64,000 nucleotides of DNA from Chloroflexota bacterium (GTDB lineage: Bacteria > Chloroflexota > UBA11872 > UBA12225 > JAJDUF01). Every line of letters starts with the position of its first letter. Position 1 is the stretch's first letter. Positions 9,926-19,264 of this stretch are shown piece by piece. Location: contig OZ243944.1 of NCBI GenBank assembly GCA_965214295.1, positions 1,653,395-1,717,394 of the forward strand. Reading direction: 5' to 3'. The notes below the pieces were generated by a model. It did not search any database and had not been told where the DNA came from. It saw only the letters and a list, made by a program, of their open reading frames with translations. The position numbers and the translations under genes are program-made.

Positions 9926-10882
9926 TCAGGCCTCCTCCGGCGGTTCCCGGCCCTCTGCCCAGACGAGGGCGCGGTGGACCCCCTCCCGCAGGCGCACCCG
10001 TGGCTCGTATCCGAGTTGCTGCCTAGCGCGAGTGATGTCGGCGACGTAGTAGGTCACTTCGCCGGGACGGGAGGCCTCGATCTGCATGCGTGGCTCCTGC
10101 TCTAGGACGGTGCCAATGAGTTTCGCCAGCTCCGTGAGCCGATTGCCTTCGCCGTAAGCGAGGTTGAACGTCTCCCCGGTGAGCGTACCGCCAACGAGCC
10201 GTTCGATGCCGCGCCAGAGGCCGTCAACGGCGTCGTCCACATAGGTGAAATCCAGCAGCTTCTCCGCGCCGTACACGGTGATCGGCTCGCCGCGCCCGAT
10301 GGCACGGGCGAAGATCCACAAAACCCGATCCAAACGGTGCAGATCGTTGTCGTACCGGCCGTAGACGTTGCTGAACCGGAAGACGAGATACGGTAGCCCG
10401 TAGCAACTCCGGTAGGCCGCCGCCAACGCTTCACTGGCCAGCTTGGCCGCGGCGTAGGGGCTAGGCGAGGCACCGAATACGGCCGCCGCCTCCGGCACGG
10501 GGCCGCGGTCTCGTGGCTGTTGGCCATAGACCTCCCGCGAGCTGGCCAGGACAATGGGCGTATTCGTAACGCGGGCCAACTCCAGCGCATTCGTCACCAT
10601 CAGGTGATTCTCCAGCGCGCCCAGGGGCCGCTCGACCAGGGCATGGACCTTGGCGTGGGCGGCCAAGTGGACAATCACGTCGCCGGGCGGTAGCGCCACC
10701 TCGCCGAGGCGCCAGCCCCGGATGGGATGCGACACGGCGAGGTCCATCAGGATTGTCTCGAAGCGGTCCGTCCAGGAATTGGGGCGCCGGTCAAGCCCCA
10801 CGACCTCGTGGCCGTCAGCAAGACAGCGCAGGGCGAGATTGGTACCGATCTGCCCGCTCGATCCGGTGATGAGGAGACGCAT
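9926..10882 (-). CDS. NAD-dependent epimerase/dehydratase (SDR-extended family)
   Basis: MRLLITGSSGQIG Rossmann start, YAAAK catalytic motif; RBS GGGAG 10 nt upstream of ATG 10882. Confidence 0.8.
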   Translation of the reverse strand: MRLLITGSSGQIGTNLALRCLADGHEVVGLDRRPNSWTDRFETILMDLAVSHPIRGWRLGEVALPPGDVIVHLAAHAKVHALVERPLGALENHLMVTNALELARVTNTPIVLASSREVYGQQPRDRGPVPEAAAVFGASPSPYAAAKLASEALAAAYRSCYGLPYLVFRFSNVYGRYDNDLHRLDRVLWIFARAIGRGEPITVYGAEKLLDFTYVDDAVDGLWRGIERLVGGTLTGETFNLAYGEGNRLTELAKLIGTVLEQEPRMQIEASRPGEVTYYVADITRARQQLGYEPRVRLREGVHRALVWAEGREPPEEA

Positions 10883-11037
10883 CAGCAGGAAACTCCCAGC
10901 CGCGGCGGTCCGCACACCCAGCCGGATTCCCGGGAAATCGGGGATGACGGTGGGATGTCAACAGCGCCTAGTCGTTTCCCACGACGCAGCGGATACCGTC
11001 GCGGTTAGCGTGCGACGCCGCGGGCCTGAGACACGCT

Positions 11038-11379
11038 CTAGTGTAGCACTATCGTCAGCACGATGAGGACGGCCAAGAGCACGGAGGATACGAGACCGAT
11101 CCGCTTCAGGTCGCCGGGTAAATAGTCGAGATTGGCGGCTGCCAGGTCGAGCGGCGACACGCGGGGGCGGGCGGGAGTGCGGCGGCGCGGCGCTTGGCGG
11201 GGTGCAACCTGGGTTGGCCGTGGCAGCGGTTGCGCCGCCTCCGTGCTGGCGCCGGCAGCTACCGACGCCACGGCTACCGGCCGGCTTGCCGCCCGGGCGG
11301 CTTTTTGCTGGCGGGTGGCGCGCCGCTTGGGCTTGCGCTGGCGGCCGCCGCGATGCATCTTCTTTGGTCTACGCGGCAC
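11038..11379 (-). CDS. hypothetical tail-anchored membrane protein (basic N-terminus, single C-terminal TM helix)
   Basis: ORF only; C-terminal LVSSVLLAVLIVLTIVLH hydrophobic helix; N-terminal R/A/P-rich part could be GC-driven, true start uncertain. Confidence 0.3.
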   Translation of the reverse strand: MPRRPKKMHRGGRQRKPKRRATRQQKAARAASRPVAVASVAAGASTEAAQPLPRPTQVAPRQAPRRRTPARPRVSPLDLAAANLDYLPGDLKRIGLVSSVLLAVLIVLTIVLH

Positions 11380-11453
11380 GGCTCCCCCTCCTCCGGTAGC
11401 ACTGGTTGATTCTAGCGCAGGAGCTAGCCGGCTGGTAGCTGCCGGGCGGGCAA

Positions 11454-11469
11454 TGTTTCACGTGAAACA
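11454..11469. promoter_or_regulatory. perfect 16-bp palindrome TGTTTCACGTGAAACA between MTase stop and small ORF start
   Basis: seen directly; CACGTG core; candidate operator or terminator. Confidence 0.3.
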
Positions 11470-11490
11470 GCGGCCAGAGCAGCCGTTGAC

Positions 11491-12768
11491 CTACGCTGAC
11501 TTCACCAACCCGAGCACGAACTCCTCATGCATACGCAGTTCAATCCCATTCATCTTGGAGTTACCCCAGCGGGCCGGCATCATCCGCCGATCCCGGTCGA
11601 GCGCGCGCTTGCCAATTCCTACCACGTCGAACCCGAGCCGCGTACTGATCTCTGCGAGGTGCTCTTGCGTCTGCACACGGATGCCGCGCATCGTGGATGG
11701 CCCGACGACAATCCCGGCAGCCGTGCCGGTACGCAGCACGCGATACATCTCGGCTAAGACGGCTCGCAGCTCGACAAGGTACTTCTGCAAGACCCTAGCC
11801 TTACGGGGGTCGCGTTGCGCCAGCTCCGATACACACCGCGCTGCTCCCGCCGGCAAGTCGTCGGCGATTGTCCCGTGGCTGTTTTCGGACCCGATATAAG
11901 TCGAGCGTAGCGCCGAGAGTGAGCTGATCGGCTCGCCAAACCAGATCAACGAGAATTTATACGCCCGCATGTAGTCCAGGGCGTTCGCATACGGTGGCGA
12001 GGTTATCACCAGATCAACCGACTCATCGTCAATAGGTAGCTCGCGGGCATCGGCACGGTGGAGCGCAACCGGGAATACGTCGTCCGGGAGTGACCGCAGC
12101 GCGGTCACGCTCTTCCGCAGCCGAGTCTTGAATTGTGCGATGGCACTACGCACCGTTTTCGAGGGCGCGCGGTGCGGTCGTGTATGCGCGAGGTCACGGG
12201 CCAAGGACACGCCCCCGCTTTTGGTAATGATGATGGAAGAGAAGACCACCTCGAGTACCTCGCGCACCTCGGTATCCGGTTCGTCTTCGACGTTCAGCAG
12301 CAGCGCCAGTAGCTCATGCTGCGTTTCAGGCATAAACCAGTAGTCGAGGAAGTCTCGCGTCGCCGGGTCAAACCGACGTTCGATCTCCGTCTCCAGAGCA
12401 GGCTTGTCCATGAGTAACATCGAGGCGTTGGCGGTAACGGAATCCCCGGCTGCACGCAACTGCTCATGATCTACGGATCGCGTCTTCACCCGGCTCACCC
12501 GCACGGCGAGGGGATCGAGGTCCACGCCGATAGCCCGGCGTCCTAAGAGCGCCGCTTCGAGTACAGTCGTGCCGGAACCCATCATCGGATCGAGTACGGT
12601 ATCGCCGGGGCGCGTCAGCTGCTCGATGAACGTGCGTGGCAACTGAGGGGGAAACTTCGCGGCAAAGGCGTGGATCGTGTGCGTGGTGTAGGAGCTACTC
12701 GCATTATGGAAATCCAGATCGCCGTTGATAATGGTATGTAGGCGTTCGCGCGCGTTAACAGAGGTCAT
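11491..12768 (-). CDS. DNA amino-methyltransferase (N6-adenine or N4-cytosine), alpha-class order (motif I ... motif IV), orphan
   Basis: motif I DPMMGSGTT near N-terminus, motif IV SPPY ~200 aa later; no restriction endonuclease gene adjacent; moderately lower GC than flanks. Confidence 0.8.
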   Translation of the reverse strand: MTSVNARERLHTIINGDLDFHNASSSYTTHTIHAFAAKFPPQLPRTFIEQLTRPGDTVLDPMMGSGTTVLEAALLGRRAIGVDLDPLAVRVSRVKTRSVDHEQLRAAGDSVTANASMLLMDKPALETEIERRFDPATRDFLDYWFMPETQHELLALLLNVEDEPDTEVREVLEVVFSSIIITKSGGVSLARDLAHTRPHRAPSKTVRSAIAQFKTRLRKSVTALRSLPDDVFPVALHRADARELPIDDESVDLVITSPPYANALDYMRAYKFSLIWFGEPISSLSALRSTYIGSENSHGTIADDLPAGAARCVSELAQRDPRKARVLQKYLVELRAVLAEMYRVLRTGTAAGIVVGPSTMRGIRVQTQEHLAEISTRLGFDVVGIGKRALDRDRRMMPARWGNSKMNGIELRMHEEFVLGLVKSA

Positions 12769-12954
12769 TCCGGGTCGCTCTTTATGTGCTCGGTCCGGCT
12801 AGAGACCGAGTTCGCAGTAGTTTGAACCGGCGACAGCGGTAGCCTCGCAGCACACGATACCGGATAAATATGAACATGCAGCTATTAATCGGCAAGGGCC
12901 AACTGCGGGTTCCGGCGGTAATGACGAACGAACGGTGCGGCGGAAGACTGCGAC

Positions 12955-13821
12955 TCAATGGGCTTCGAGCCAGGAGATGACCGCGGCGATGTCGTGCTCA
13001 CGCGTCGAGGCGCCGGCGGCCAAGCCCACTGTCTCCACGCCGTCGAACCACGCTGCCTCAAGCTCGTCCGCCGTGACGATGTGGCGCGTGGGGCAGACCT
13101 CGGAGCACACTCGCACCAGCTGGTGGGTATTGGAGCTATCCCGGCCGCCGACGACGACCATCATGTCCACGGTGCGTGCCAGCTCTACCGCCTCGCCTTG
13201 GGCACGCTGGGTCCATCCGCAGATGCGGCCGCGGTCGTCGAATACGTCCGCCTTGGTCGCCAGCACCTTACACAGCTCCACGTAGTCGGCCGTGAGCATG
13301 GTTGTTTGCGCGATAGAGGCAAGCTTCTCGTAGTGCCCTAGCTCGGTGGCCTCTGCGACCGATTCGATGATGATACCGTGCTGCGTGTGAGCAACGGTGG
13401 CCCGCGCCTCGGGATGATCGCGGTGGCCGAAGACGACCACCTGATACCCCTCGTCCTCAAGCTGCTTGGCGATCTTTTGGACCACGGTGACGATGGGGCA
13501 GGTAGCATCGAGGACGTTGAGACCAAGGTTCTCGGCACGTGCAAACGCCGTGGGACTTTCGCCGTGCGCCCGCATCAGGACCGTGCGGCCGACCAGCGGC
13601 GCCGTCTCTGCCGCCGGGAGGTCGTCATCCAGGAGAGAGACCGGGAGAGGCCGCACGCCCATCGTTTCCAGCTCCTGCATGGCCGGAGTGTTGTGGATCA
13701 GCTTGCCCGAGATAAAGACCTCCTCGTCCGCACCGTTCTCGGAGGACTCTACGGCGAGCTTCCACGCCCGCTTGACCCCGCCACAAAACCCGACAAACCG
13801 TTCTCCTCGAACTACGCGCAT
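12955..13821 (-). CDS. ispH: 4-hydroxy-3-methylbut-2-enyl diphosphate reductase
   Basis: full-length IspH/LytB similarity (conserved Cys in ATCP..., VVGGRDSSNT). Confidence 0.9.
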   Translation of the reverse strand: MRVVRGERFVGFCGGVKRAWKLAVESSENGADEEVFISGKLIHNTPAMQELETMGVRPLPVSLLDDDLPAAETAPLVGRTVLMRAHGESPTAFARAENLGLNVLDATCPIVTVVQKIAKQLEDEGYQVVVFGHRDHPEARATVAHTQHGIIIESVAEATELGHYEKLASIAQTTMLTADYVELCKVLATKADVFDDRGRICGWTQRAQGEAVELARTVDMMVVVGGRDSSNTHQLVRVCSEVCPTRHIVTADELEAAWFDGVETVGLAAGASTREHDIAAVISWLEAH

Positions 13822-13986
13822 CGCTTTCCTTCCAATCGAGTCTCAGCCCCGCAGCCCCAAGCAGCCGGCACACGCGACGACACCGCGCGGACCGCCGCTC
13901 TGCCTATTCTAGCCTATTCTAGTGCTCTCAGGAGGTGCCCGGCACCCTTTCCTCGCTCTATCATGCTGCACGCAAAGCTCCTCAGC

Positions 13987-14583
13987 TCATTTGCCGTTCA
14001 GATAGCGTTGGAAGCTCAAAGTCAGCTCGACGGGATCGGGGAGGAAGTAGGGGCTGGGAGCGTTCTCTAGTGTGATTTGCACGTGCAGAAATCCTGGCCC
14101 CGACCCCTGCCGTGCCTCCGCCAACGCCGCCCGCAACGCCTCCTCGGTAGCAACGCTCCAGGTGCTTACGAAGCCACAGGAGCGGGCCGCCGCGCAGAAG
14201 TCCACCGCCGCCGCCGCCGTAGGCTGGTCGCCGGTCGCGGCATAGACGCCATTATCCAAGACGATCAACAGCAGTTGTCGGGGTCGGAGCAGCCCGATGG
14301 TGGCCAGCGTAGACATGCCCATCAACATGCCCCCGTCGCCCTCGATCACCACTACCTTCTCATGCTCGCTTGCGTCCAGTCCGAGGCAGAGTCCCAGCCC
14401 GATAGCCGGTGGCAGCCCCATGGAGTCCAGGACGTACAGGTGGTTCGCCGCCCGCCCGACCAGCAGCATCTCGCGGACCATCGTGCCGACGGCGACGACG
14501 TATGGCTCCGTCGGATAGGCTGCGGCGGTGGCTTTCAGCGCCGCGAGCCGCGTGAGCTGCGCTGCCGCCGCGGTCGTAGTCAT
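13987..14583 (-). CDS. ThDP-dependent decarboxylase beta subunit (sulfopyruvate/phosphonopyruvate decarboxylase ComE-like, PP-binding domain)
   Basis: ThDP-binding GDG...N motif (VVVIEGDGGMLMG...LDNG). Confidence 0.7.
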   Translation of the reverse strand: MTTTAAAAQLTRLAALKATAAAYPTEPYVVAVGTMVREMLLVGRAANHLYVLDSMGLPPAIGLGLCLGLDASEHEKVVVIEGDGGMLMGMSTLATIGLLRPRQLLLIVLDNGVYAATGDQPTAAAAVDFCAAARSCGFVSTWSVATEEALRAALAEARQGSGPGFLHVQITLENAPSPYFLPDPVELTLSFQRYLNGK

Positions 14584-14626
14584 GCGTGTCCTTGCCCTCG
14601 CCCGGTCATCCGCTTGGAGTCGTCCC

Positions 14627-15139
14627 CTACTGCCCGGCCATCAAATTGCACAGCACGGCTACCGGTCTGTGCGTCGTTTGCATGTACTGATGCGCCAGCG
14701 TCACTGTTGGCGTCCACTCCTCTAGCGGGATACGGGCGTCCAGCTTGAAGTACCGGATGCCGGCCGCGTCCAGGATTGGCTCTACCCGCTCGCAGAACGT
14801 ATGAATCATCGAGTTGTATTCACCCAGGCCACCGCGCTGCGAGACCAGTAGGAAGATCGGGATGTGATACGCCTGCGGGAAGGTGGTGAGCGCCGTCAGC
14901 GCATTGCCGAGGCCGTTGTCCTGAATCACCAGGACCGGTTTGCGTCCGGCCAGCGCCAAGCCTGAAGCAATACCGATACCCTCCTCCTCCCGTGTGAGCG
15001 GGTGGACGGTGATTCCCAGCTCGTCCAGGCCGGCCAGAATACCCTTGAGGGTACTACTTGGGAGGTGGAACACATAGTCCGGGGCGATATCCCGGAGGCC
15101 AGCGAGCAACGCTGCGCTGCGCGCTTCCGGACTTGCCAT
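14627..15139 (-). CDS. ThDP-dependent decarboxylase alpha subunit (ComD-like, PYR domain)
   Basis: N-terminal pyrimidine-binding domain similarity (HLPSSTLKGILAGL, GIGIASGLALAG); adjacent to beta subunit gene. Confidence 0.7.
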   Translation of the reverse strand: MASPEARSAALLAGLRDIAPDYVFHLPSSTLKGILAGLDELGITVHPLTREEEGIGIASGLALAGRKPVLVIQDNGLGNALTALTTFPQAYHIPIFLLVSQRGGLGEYNSMIHTFCERVEPILDAAGIRYFKLDARIPLEEWTPTVTLAHQYMQTTHRPVAVLCNLMAGQ

Positions 15140-15336
15140 GGGTCTATGCTCCTCTCACCCCTTGCGGCGGCGGGGTGGTGTAAACAAGGGACGCGTGGCG
15201 GGCGCCGGCCGTGTGGATGCAGCATGATGTGCCCCTCCGCACCGTCCGCGTCATACCACCGCCACAATCGTTATGGGGTAGACTGAACTGCTACACCTTA
15301 TAGTACCCACTGGACCGAGGAGGCCGCTCGATCACT

Positions 15337-17448
15337 ATGCTCCCGACGACACGCACTCTGTCCCCTCTGCGCCGCATCGCCAAGTCGCTGATACTGACGC
15401 TCTGTGTGCTCGGCCTGACGGCAGCGGCCGTGTTGGCGGCGCCAGCGCGCCAAGCCGCGTCCGACGAGGCCATTCCCGATGGCTGGCACTATCGCCAGGC
15501 GTCCGGCACGGCCGACGGTCGCGGGTTTGATCTGCGCGACCTCCCGCATACGCCGGTGGGACCGGTGTCGTTCTGGACGCACGCCGAGAACATGGGCGGG
15601 GTTGAGATCCTCGGCTACCCGGCCAGTCGTGCCTTCGTCGGGCGCGACGGCTGTGTGTACCAGGTCCTACAGCGCGTCACCTTGCAAGCCTGCCAGGGAC
15701 ACGGTATCCGCTTCGCCAACACGTTCCAGATTCTCGAGGAGGCCGTTCAGGACACCTTCCTCGATTCGGTCCGGCAGATTCCCAGGGGACGTGCCGACGG
15801 CGCTCGCTCATTCGATGAGGCGGTCGCTGTCCGCCTGGGCTGGTTGTGGGATGATGCCATCAGAGCGGCGTTCTACAATCCGCCCCATGGCGTGGCGCCT
15901 TCGGATCCTTGGACACCCCACGATGCGATCAACCTCTACGGTCTGCCGATGTCCATACCGGAAGACTACGGTCCGTTCGTCTCTCAGCGGTTCCAGCGCA
16001 TTGCCTTCCAGCGTTGGAAGGTGGACCACCCGGCGGGCATCTTCGCCGCGGGCAGTGTAGTGCCGGTGCTCGGCGGTGATCTATTGAAGGAAACGGGAGT
16101 GCTCAGTGGCGAGGTGACGACGCCGCACGCAGCCGGCGCCTCGCTGATCGCGGCCTTGCCGTCCGTGCCGAGCTTCCCACCCGTCCCCGGCAAAGCGCCG
16201 CCGCCGCTGCCGCCACCACCACCGCCTCCGAAGCCGATTCCTACCCCGGAGCCACGACCCGTCGCGCCCCCGACGCCGGTGGCTACCCAAGCGCCACAGG
16301 CCACTGCGGCCCCAATTCCACCGACGGCCACGCCCATTCCGCCGACGGCTACGCCCGTACCGCCGACCGCCACGCCGCGGCCCTTGCGGCCCTTGCCGGC
16401 GGGCCGGCCCTTCCGGTTGGAATATGGCTTCCAGGCCCATCTGCTCGACACCCGCTTCGGCCGGCGTGCGAACGCCATTCGGCTGACGCAGGAGGCCGGC
16501 TTTACCTGGATCAAGCAGCAGGTCGTCTGGAGCCAGATCGAGAAGCAACCCGGTATCTATGATCCGCAGGAGATGAGCTACCTGGACGGATCGGTCAACG
16601 ACTCCGCCGCGGCTGGCCTCAAGGTACTGTTGAGCATCGTGAAGTCCCCCGATTTCTACGCTGTGACCGGGGGCCACTCGCCGGCCGATCCGACGAAGCT
16701 CGGCGACTTCTTCCGGTTCCTCGCCAGTCGCTACAAGGGCAAGGTGCAGGCCTTCGAGACCTGGAATGAGCAGAACTTGGCCGGCGAGTGGGGCCAAGGA
16801 CGGCTGTGTGGCAACTTCCCGGCCGAGTTCCTAGCACTACAGAAAGCCGCCTACGAGGGCGTGAAGGCCGGTAATCCCCAGGCCGTCGTCGTCTTCCCGG
16901 CGCTGACGCCGACCGGACACGGTGACTGCAACGCCGCGCTCGACGACGTGGTGTACCTGGATCGGCTCTACCGAGACACCGGTGGGCAGATCAAGAACTA
17001 CTTCGACGTCATGGGCACGCATCCGTCCGGCTACAACAGCCCGCCCGGTGACGGAGTTGGTCGGTCAACGGCGCCCGGTTCCGGCTTCCGCAACCACCCC
17101 AGCTTCTTCTTCCTGCGGTTCACGGAGCTACGGGAGGTGATGCTGAGGCATGGGGACGACAAGCCGATGTGGTTCACCGAGTTTGGCTGGAGCGTGTGCG
17201 ACCCGAACAACCGCGTACCGCACTATGAGTACTGCGGCGACAACAGCGAAGAAGAGCGGGCCAGGTACTTCGAGCAGGCCTTCCAGATGCTCTGGGAGCA
17301 GTACCCCTACGTGCAGGTGGCCATCGTGTGGAATCTCAACTTCCGCGACATTGTGCCCTCGACCGACGAGAAGTACGGCTTTGGCTTGGTCAACAACGAT
17401 GGCAGCACGACCCCGGCCTACGACGTGCTGAAGGCCCAGCTCAAGTAA
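15337..17448 (+). CDS. secreted multidomain protein: unknown N-terminal domain, Pro/Thr-rich linker (IPPTATP x3), C-terminal clan GH-A (GH5-like) glycoside hydrolase domain
   Basis: signal peptide; NEQ (ETWNEQN) acid/base-like and TEFG (WFTEFGW) nucleophile-like motifs; RBS GAGGAGG. Confidence 0.7.
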   Translation: MLPTTRTLSPLRRIAKSLILTLCVLGLTAAAVLAAPARQAASDEAIPDGWHYRQASGTADGRGFDLRDLPHTPVGPVSFWTHAENMGGVEILGYPASRAFVGRDGCVYQVLQRVTLQACQGHGIRFANTFQILEEAVQDTFLDSVRQIPRGRADGARSFDEAVAVRLGWLWDDAIRAAFYNPPHGVAPSDPWTPHDAINLYGLPMSIPEDYGPFVSQRFQRIAFQRWKVDHPAGIFAAGSVVPVLGGDLLKETGVLSGEVTTPHAAGASLIAALPSVPSFPPVPGKAPPPLPPPPPPPKPIPTPEPRPVAPPTPVATQAPQATAAPIPPTATPIPPTATPVPPTATPRPLRPLPAGRPFRLEYGFQAHLLDTRFGRRANAIRLTQEAGFTWIKQQVVWSQIEKQPGIYDPQEMSYLDGSVNDSAAAGLKVLLSIVKSPDFYAVTGGHSPADPTKLGDFFRFLASRYKGKVQAFETWNEQNLAGEWGQGRLCGNFPAEFLALQKAAYEGVKAGNPQAVVVFPALTPTGHGDCNAALDDVVYLDRLYRDTGGQIKNYFDVMGTHPSGYNSPPGDGVGRSTAPGSGFRNHPSFFFLRFTELREVMLRHGDDKPMWFTEFGWSVCDPNNRVPHYEYCGDNSEEERARYFEQAFQMLWEQYPYVQVAIVWNLNFRDIVPSTDEKYGFGLVNNDGSTTPAYDVLKAQLK

Positions 17449-17542
17449 GCGCAGGATTAGGCAACGGCGGGAGGCGCCGGAGGCCGCAGCCCACGGACGG
17501 TTGCAGCCTCCGGCGTCCCCCCGCTCAGGTTTCTACATCATC

Positions 17543-18709
17543 ATGACTATGTTACGTTGGTGGTTAGCGCTCTTGATGCTGGCAGTCGGTATCACCCTCG
17601 CCGGCTGCGACGGTGACGACACGGCGCCGGAGACAGCACCGGTCGCCGCCACGGCCGCCGCGGCGCGCAGTACGTCGGGGCTGCAATACGGTTTCCAGGC
17701 CCATCTGCTCGATACACGCTTTGGCCGCCGCGAGAACTCCATTCGACTGACGCGAGAAGCCGGCTTTACCTGGATCAAGCAGCAGGTCCGCTGGAGTCAG
17801 GTCGAAAAGGAACCGGGAGTCTACGACCCGCAGGAAATGAGCTATCTGGACGGTACGGTGAACGACGCTCACGCGGCGGGACTGAACGTGCTGCTCAGTA
17901 TCGTCAGCTCTCCCGACTTCTACGCCGTACCGAACGGTCACTCACCCGCCGATCCGACGAAGCTCGGCGACTTCCTGCGCTTCCTCGCAGCGCGCTACGT
18001 CGGGAAAGTGCAAGCATTCGAGACCTGGAATGAGCAGAACTTGGCCGGCGAGTGGGGCCAAGGACGGCTGTGTGGCAACTTCCCGGCCGAGTTCCTAGCA
18101 CTACAGAAAGCCGCCTACGAGGGCGTGAAGGCCGGTAATCCCCAGGCCGTCGTCGTCTTCCCGGCGCTGACGCCGACCGGACACGGGGACTGCAACGCCG
18201 CGCTCGACGACGTGGTGTACCTGGATCGGCTCTATCGAGAGACCGGTGGAGAGATCAGGCACTACTTCGACGTCATGGGCGCTCATCCCTCCGGGTACAA
18301 CAGCCCGCCCGGCGACGGAGTTGGTCGGTCAACGGCGCCCGGTTCCGGCTTCCGCAACCACCCCAGCTTCTTCTTCCTGCGGTTCACGGAGCTACGGGAG
18401 GTGATGCTGAGGCATGGGGACGACAAGCCGATGTGGTTCACCGAGTTCGGCTGGAGCGTCTGCCCGAACGTCGTCGTGCCTGGGTATGAGTATTGCCGGG
18501 ACAACAGCGAAGAAGAGCGGGCCAGGTACTTCGAGCAGGCCTTCCAGATGCTCTGGGAGCAGTACCCCTACGTGCAGGTGGTCATCGTGTGGAATCTCAA
18601 CTTCCGCTCCATCGTCCCGGAGACGGATGAAAAGTGGGGCTTTGGGCTAGTCAACGAAGACTGGTCCACAACGCCGACCTATGAAGTGCTGAGGGGACTA
18701 CCCAAATAG
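17543..18709 (+). CDS. lipoprotein, GH5-like glycoside hydrolase (paralog of C-terminal domain of upstream gene)
   Basis: lipobox LAGC; same NEQ/TEFG motifs; 100-220-bp tracts identical to 15337..17448. Confidence 0.7.
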   Translation: MTMLRWWLALLMLAVGITLAGCDGDDTAPETAPVAATAAAARSTSGLQYGFQAHLLDTRFGRRENSIRLTREAGFTWIKQQVRWSQVEKEPGVYDPQEMSYLDGTVNDAHAAGLNVLLSIVSSPDFYAVPNGHSPADPTKLGDFLRFLAARYVGKVQAFETWNEQNLAGEWGQGRLCGNFPAEFLALQKAAYEGVKAGNPQAVVVFPALTPTGHGDCNAALDDVVYLDRLYRETGGEIRHYFDVMGAHPSGYNSPPGDGVGRSTAPGSGFRNHPSFFFLRFTELREVMLRHGDDKPMWFTEFGWSVCPNVVVPGYEYCRDNSEEERARYFEQAFQMLWEQYPYVQVVIVWNLNFRSIVPETDEKWGFGLVNEDWSTTPTYEVLRGLPK

Positions 18710-18890
18710 GGACGTAGCACGAACCGGCCGCCAGGCCGCCGCACCTCGCCCACCAAGCCGGCGCCGGCCGGAATCCAGCGCACCCACCGGGCCGACGGTG
18801 CCGGGCGCGCGTCATTACGGCGGAAGCCGCAATCCAGGCTGTCCGGGGGGGGGCCAGAGAGCAACCAGTACCTCTGGTCGCCGCCGCACG

Positions 18891-18919
18891 CCCCCTCTCC
18901 ACTTCATGTGGAGAGGGGG
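18891..18919. terminator. perfect 12-bp-stem hairpin CCCCCTCTCCAC-ttcat-GTGGAGAGGGGG between convergent genes (bidirectional terminator candidate)
   Basis: seen directly; lies between stop of GH5-like gene (+) and stop of LuxR-type gene (-); no U-tract. Confidence 0.5.
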
Positions 18920-18972
18920 CGTCTAGTGCCGGCCGCCGGCAATGAGGTCGAGTGCGCTAGAGCGCCGCGCGG

Positions 18973-19182
18973 CTACTCCAGCCAGCCATTGCGGAAGGCG
19001 ACGGCGATGGCCTGCGACGTGGAGCGCACGCCGAGCTTGGCGTGGACCAGCCGCAGGTGGTTATGCACAGTGCCGACGCTCACGCCCCACTCCGCGGCGA
19101 TTTGGGCACGGGTGAGACCATCGGCCAGCAGTTCGAGCGCTCCTAGTTCGCGGGGACTTAACGGATTGGGACGGTCGCCCAT
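18973..19182 (-). CDS. LuxR/GerE-family HTH-only transcriptional regulator (~69 aa)
   Basis: LSPRELGALELLADGLTRAQIAAEWGVSVGTVHNHLRLVHAKLGV; RBS GGAGG 8 nt upstream of ATG 19182. Confidence 0.6.
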   Translation of the reverse strand: MGDRPNPLSPRELGALELLADGLTRAQIAAEWGVSVGTVHNHLRLVHAKLGVRSTSQAIAVAFRNGWLE

Positions 19183-19264
19183 GATGTTTACCTCCTCATA
19201 GTTGGCTGCGGCCACTATTCTATATCGAATGAGTGCAATGGCGCCACTCCCGCACCGTTTCCCG

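Noticed and set aside
11132-11899. 255-aa plus-strand ORF overlapping the methyltransferase and small ORF
   Set aside because: It is antisense to a methyltransferase with canonical motifs and is low-complexity. A candidate restriction endonuclease partner was sought here and not supported.
13890-13912. Tandem duplication cctattctag x2 upstream of ispH
   Set aside because: Only two short copies. It could be a promoter element but is too small to call.
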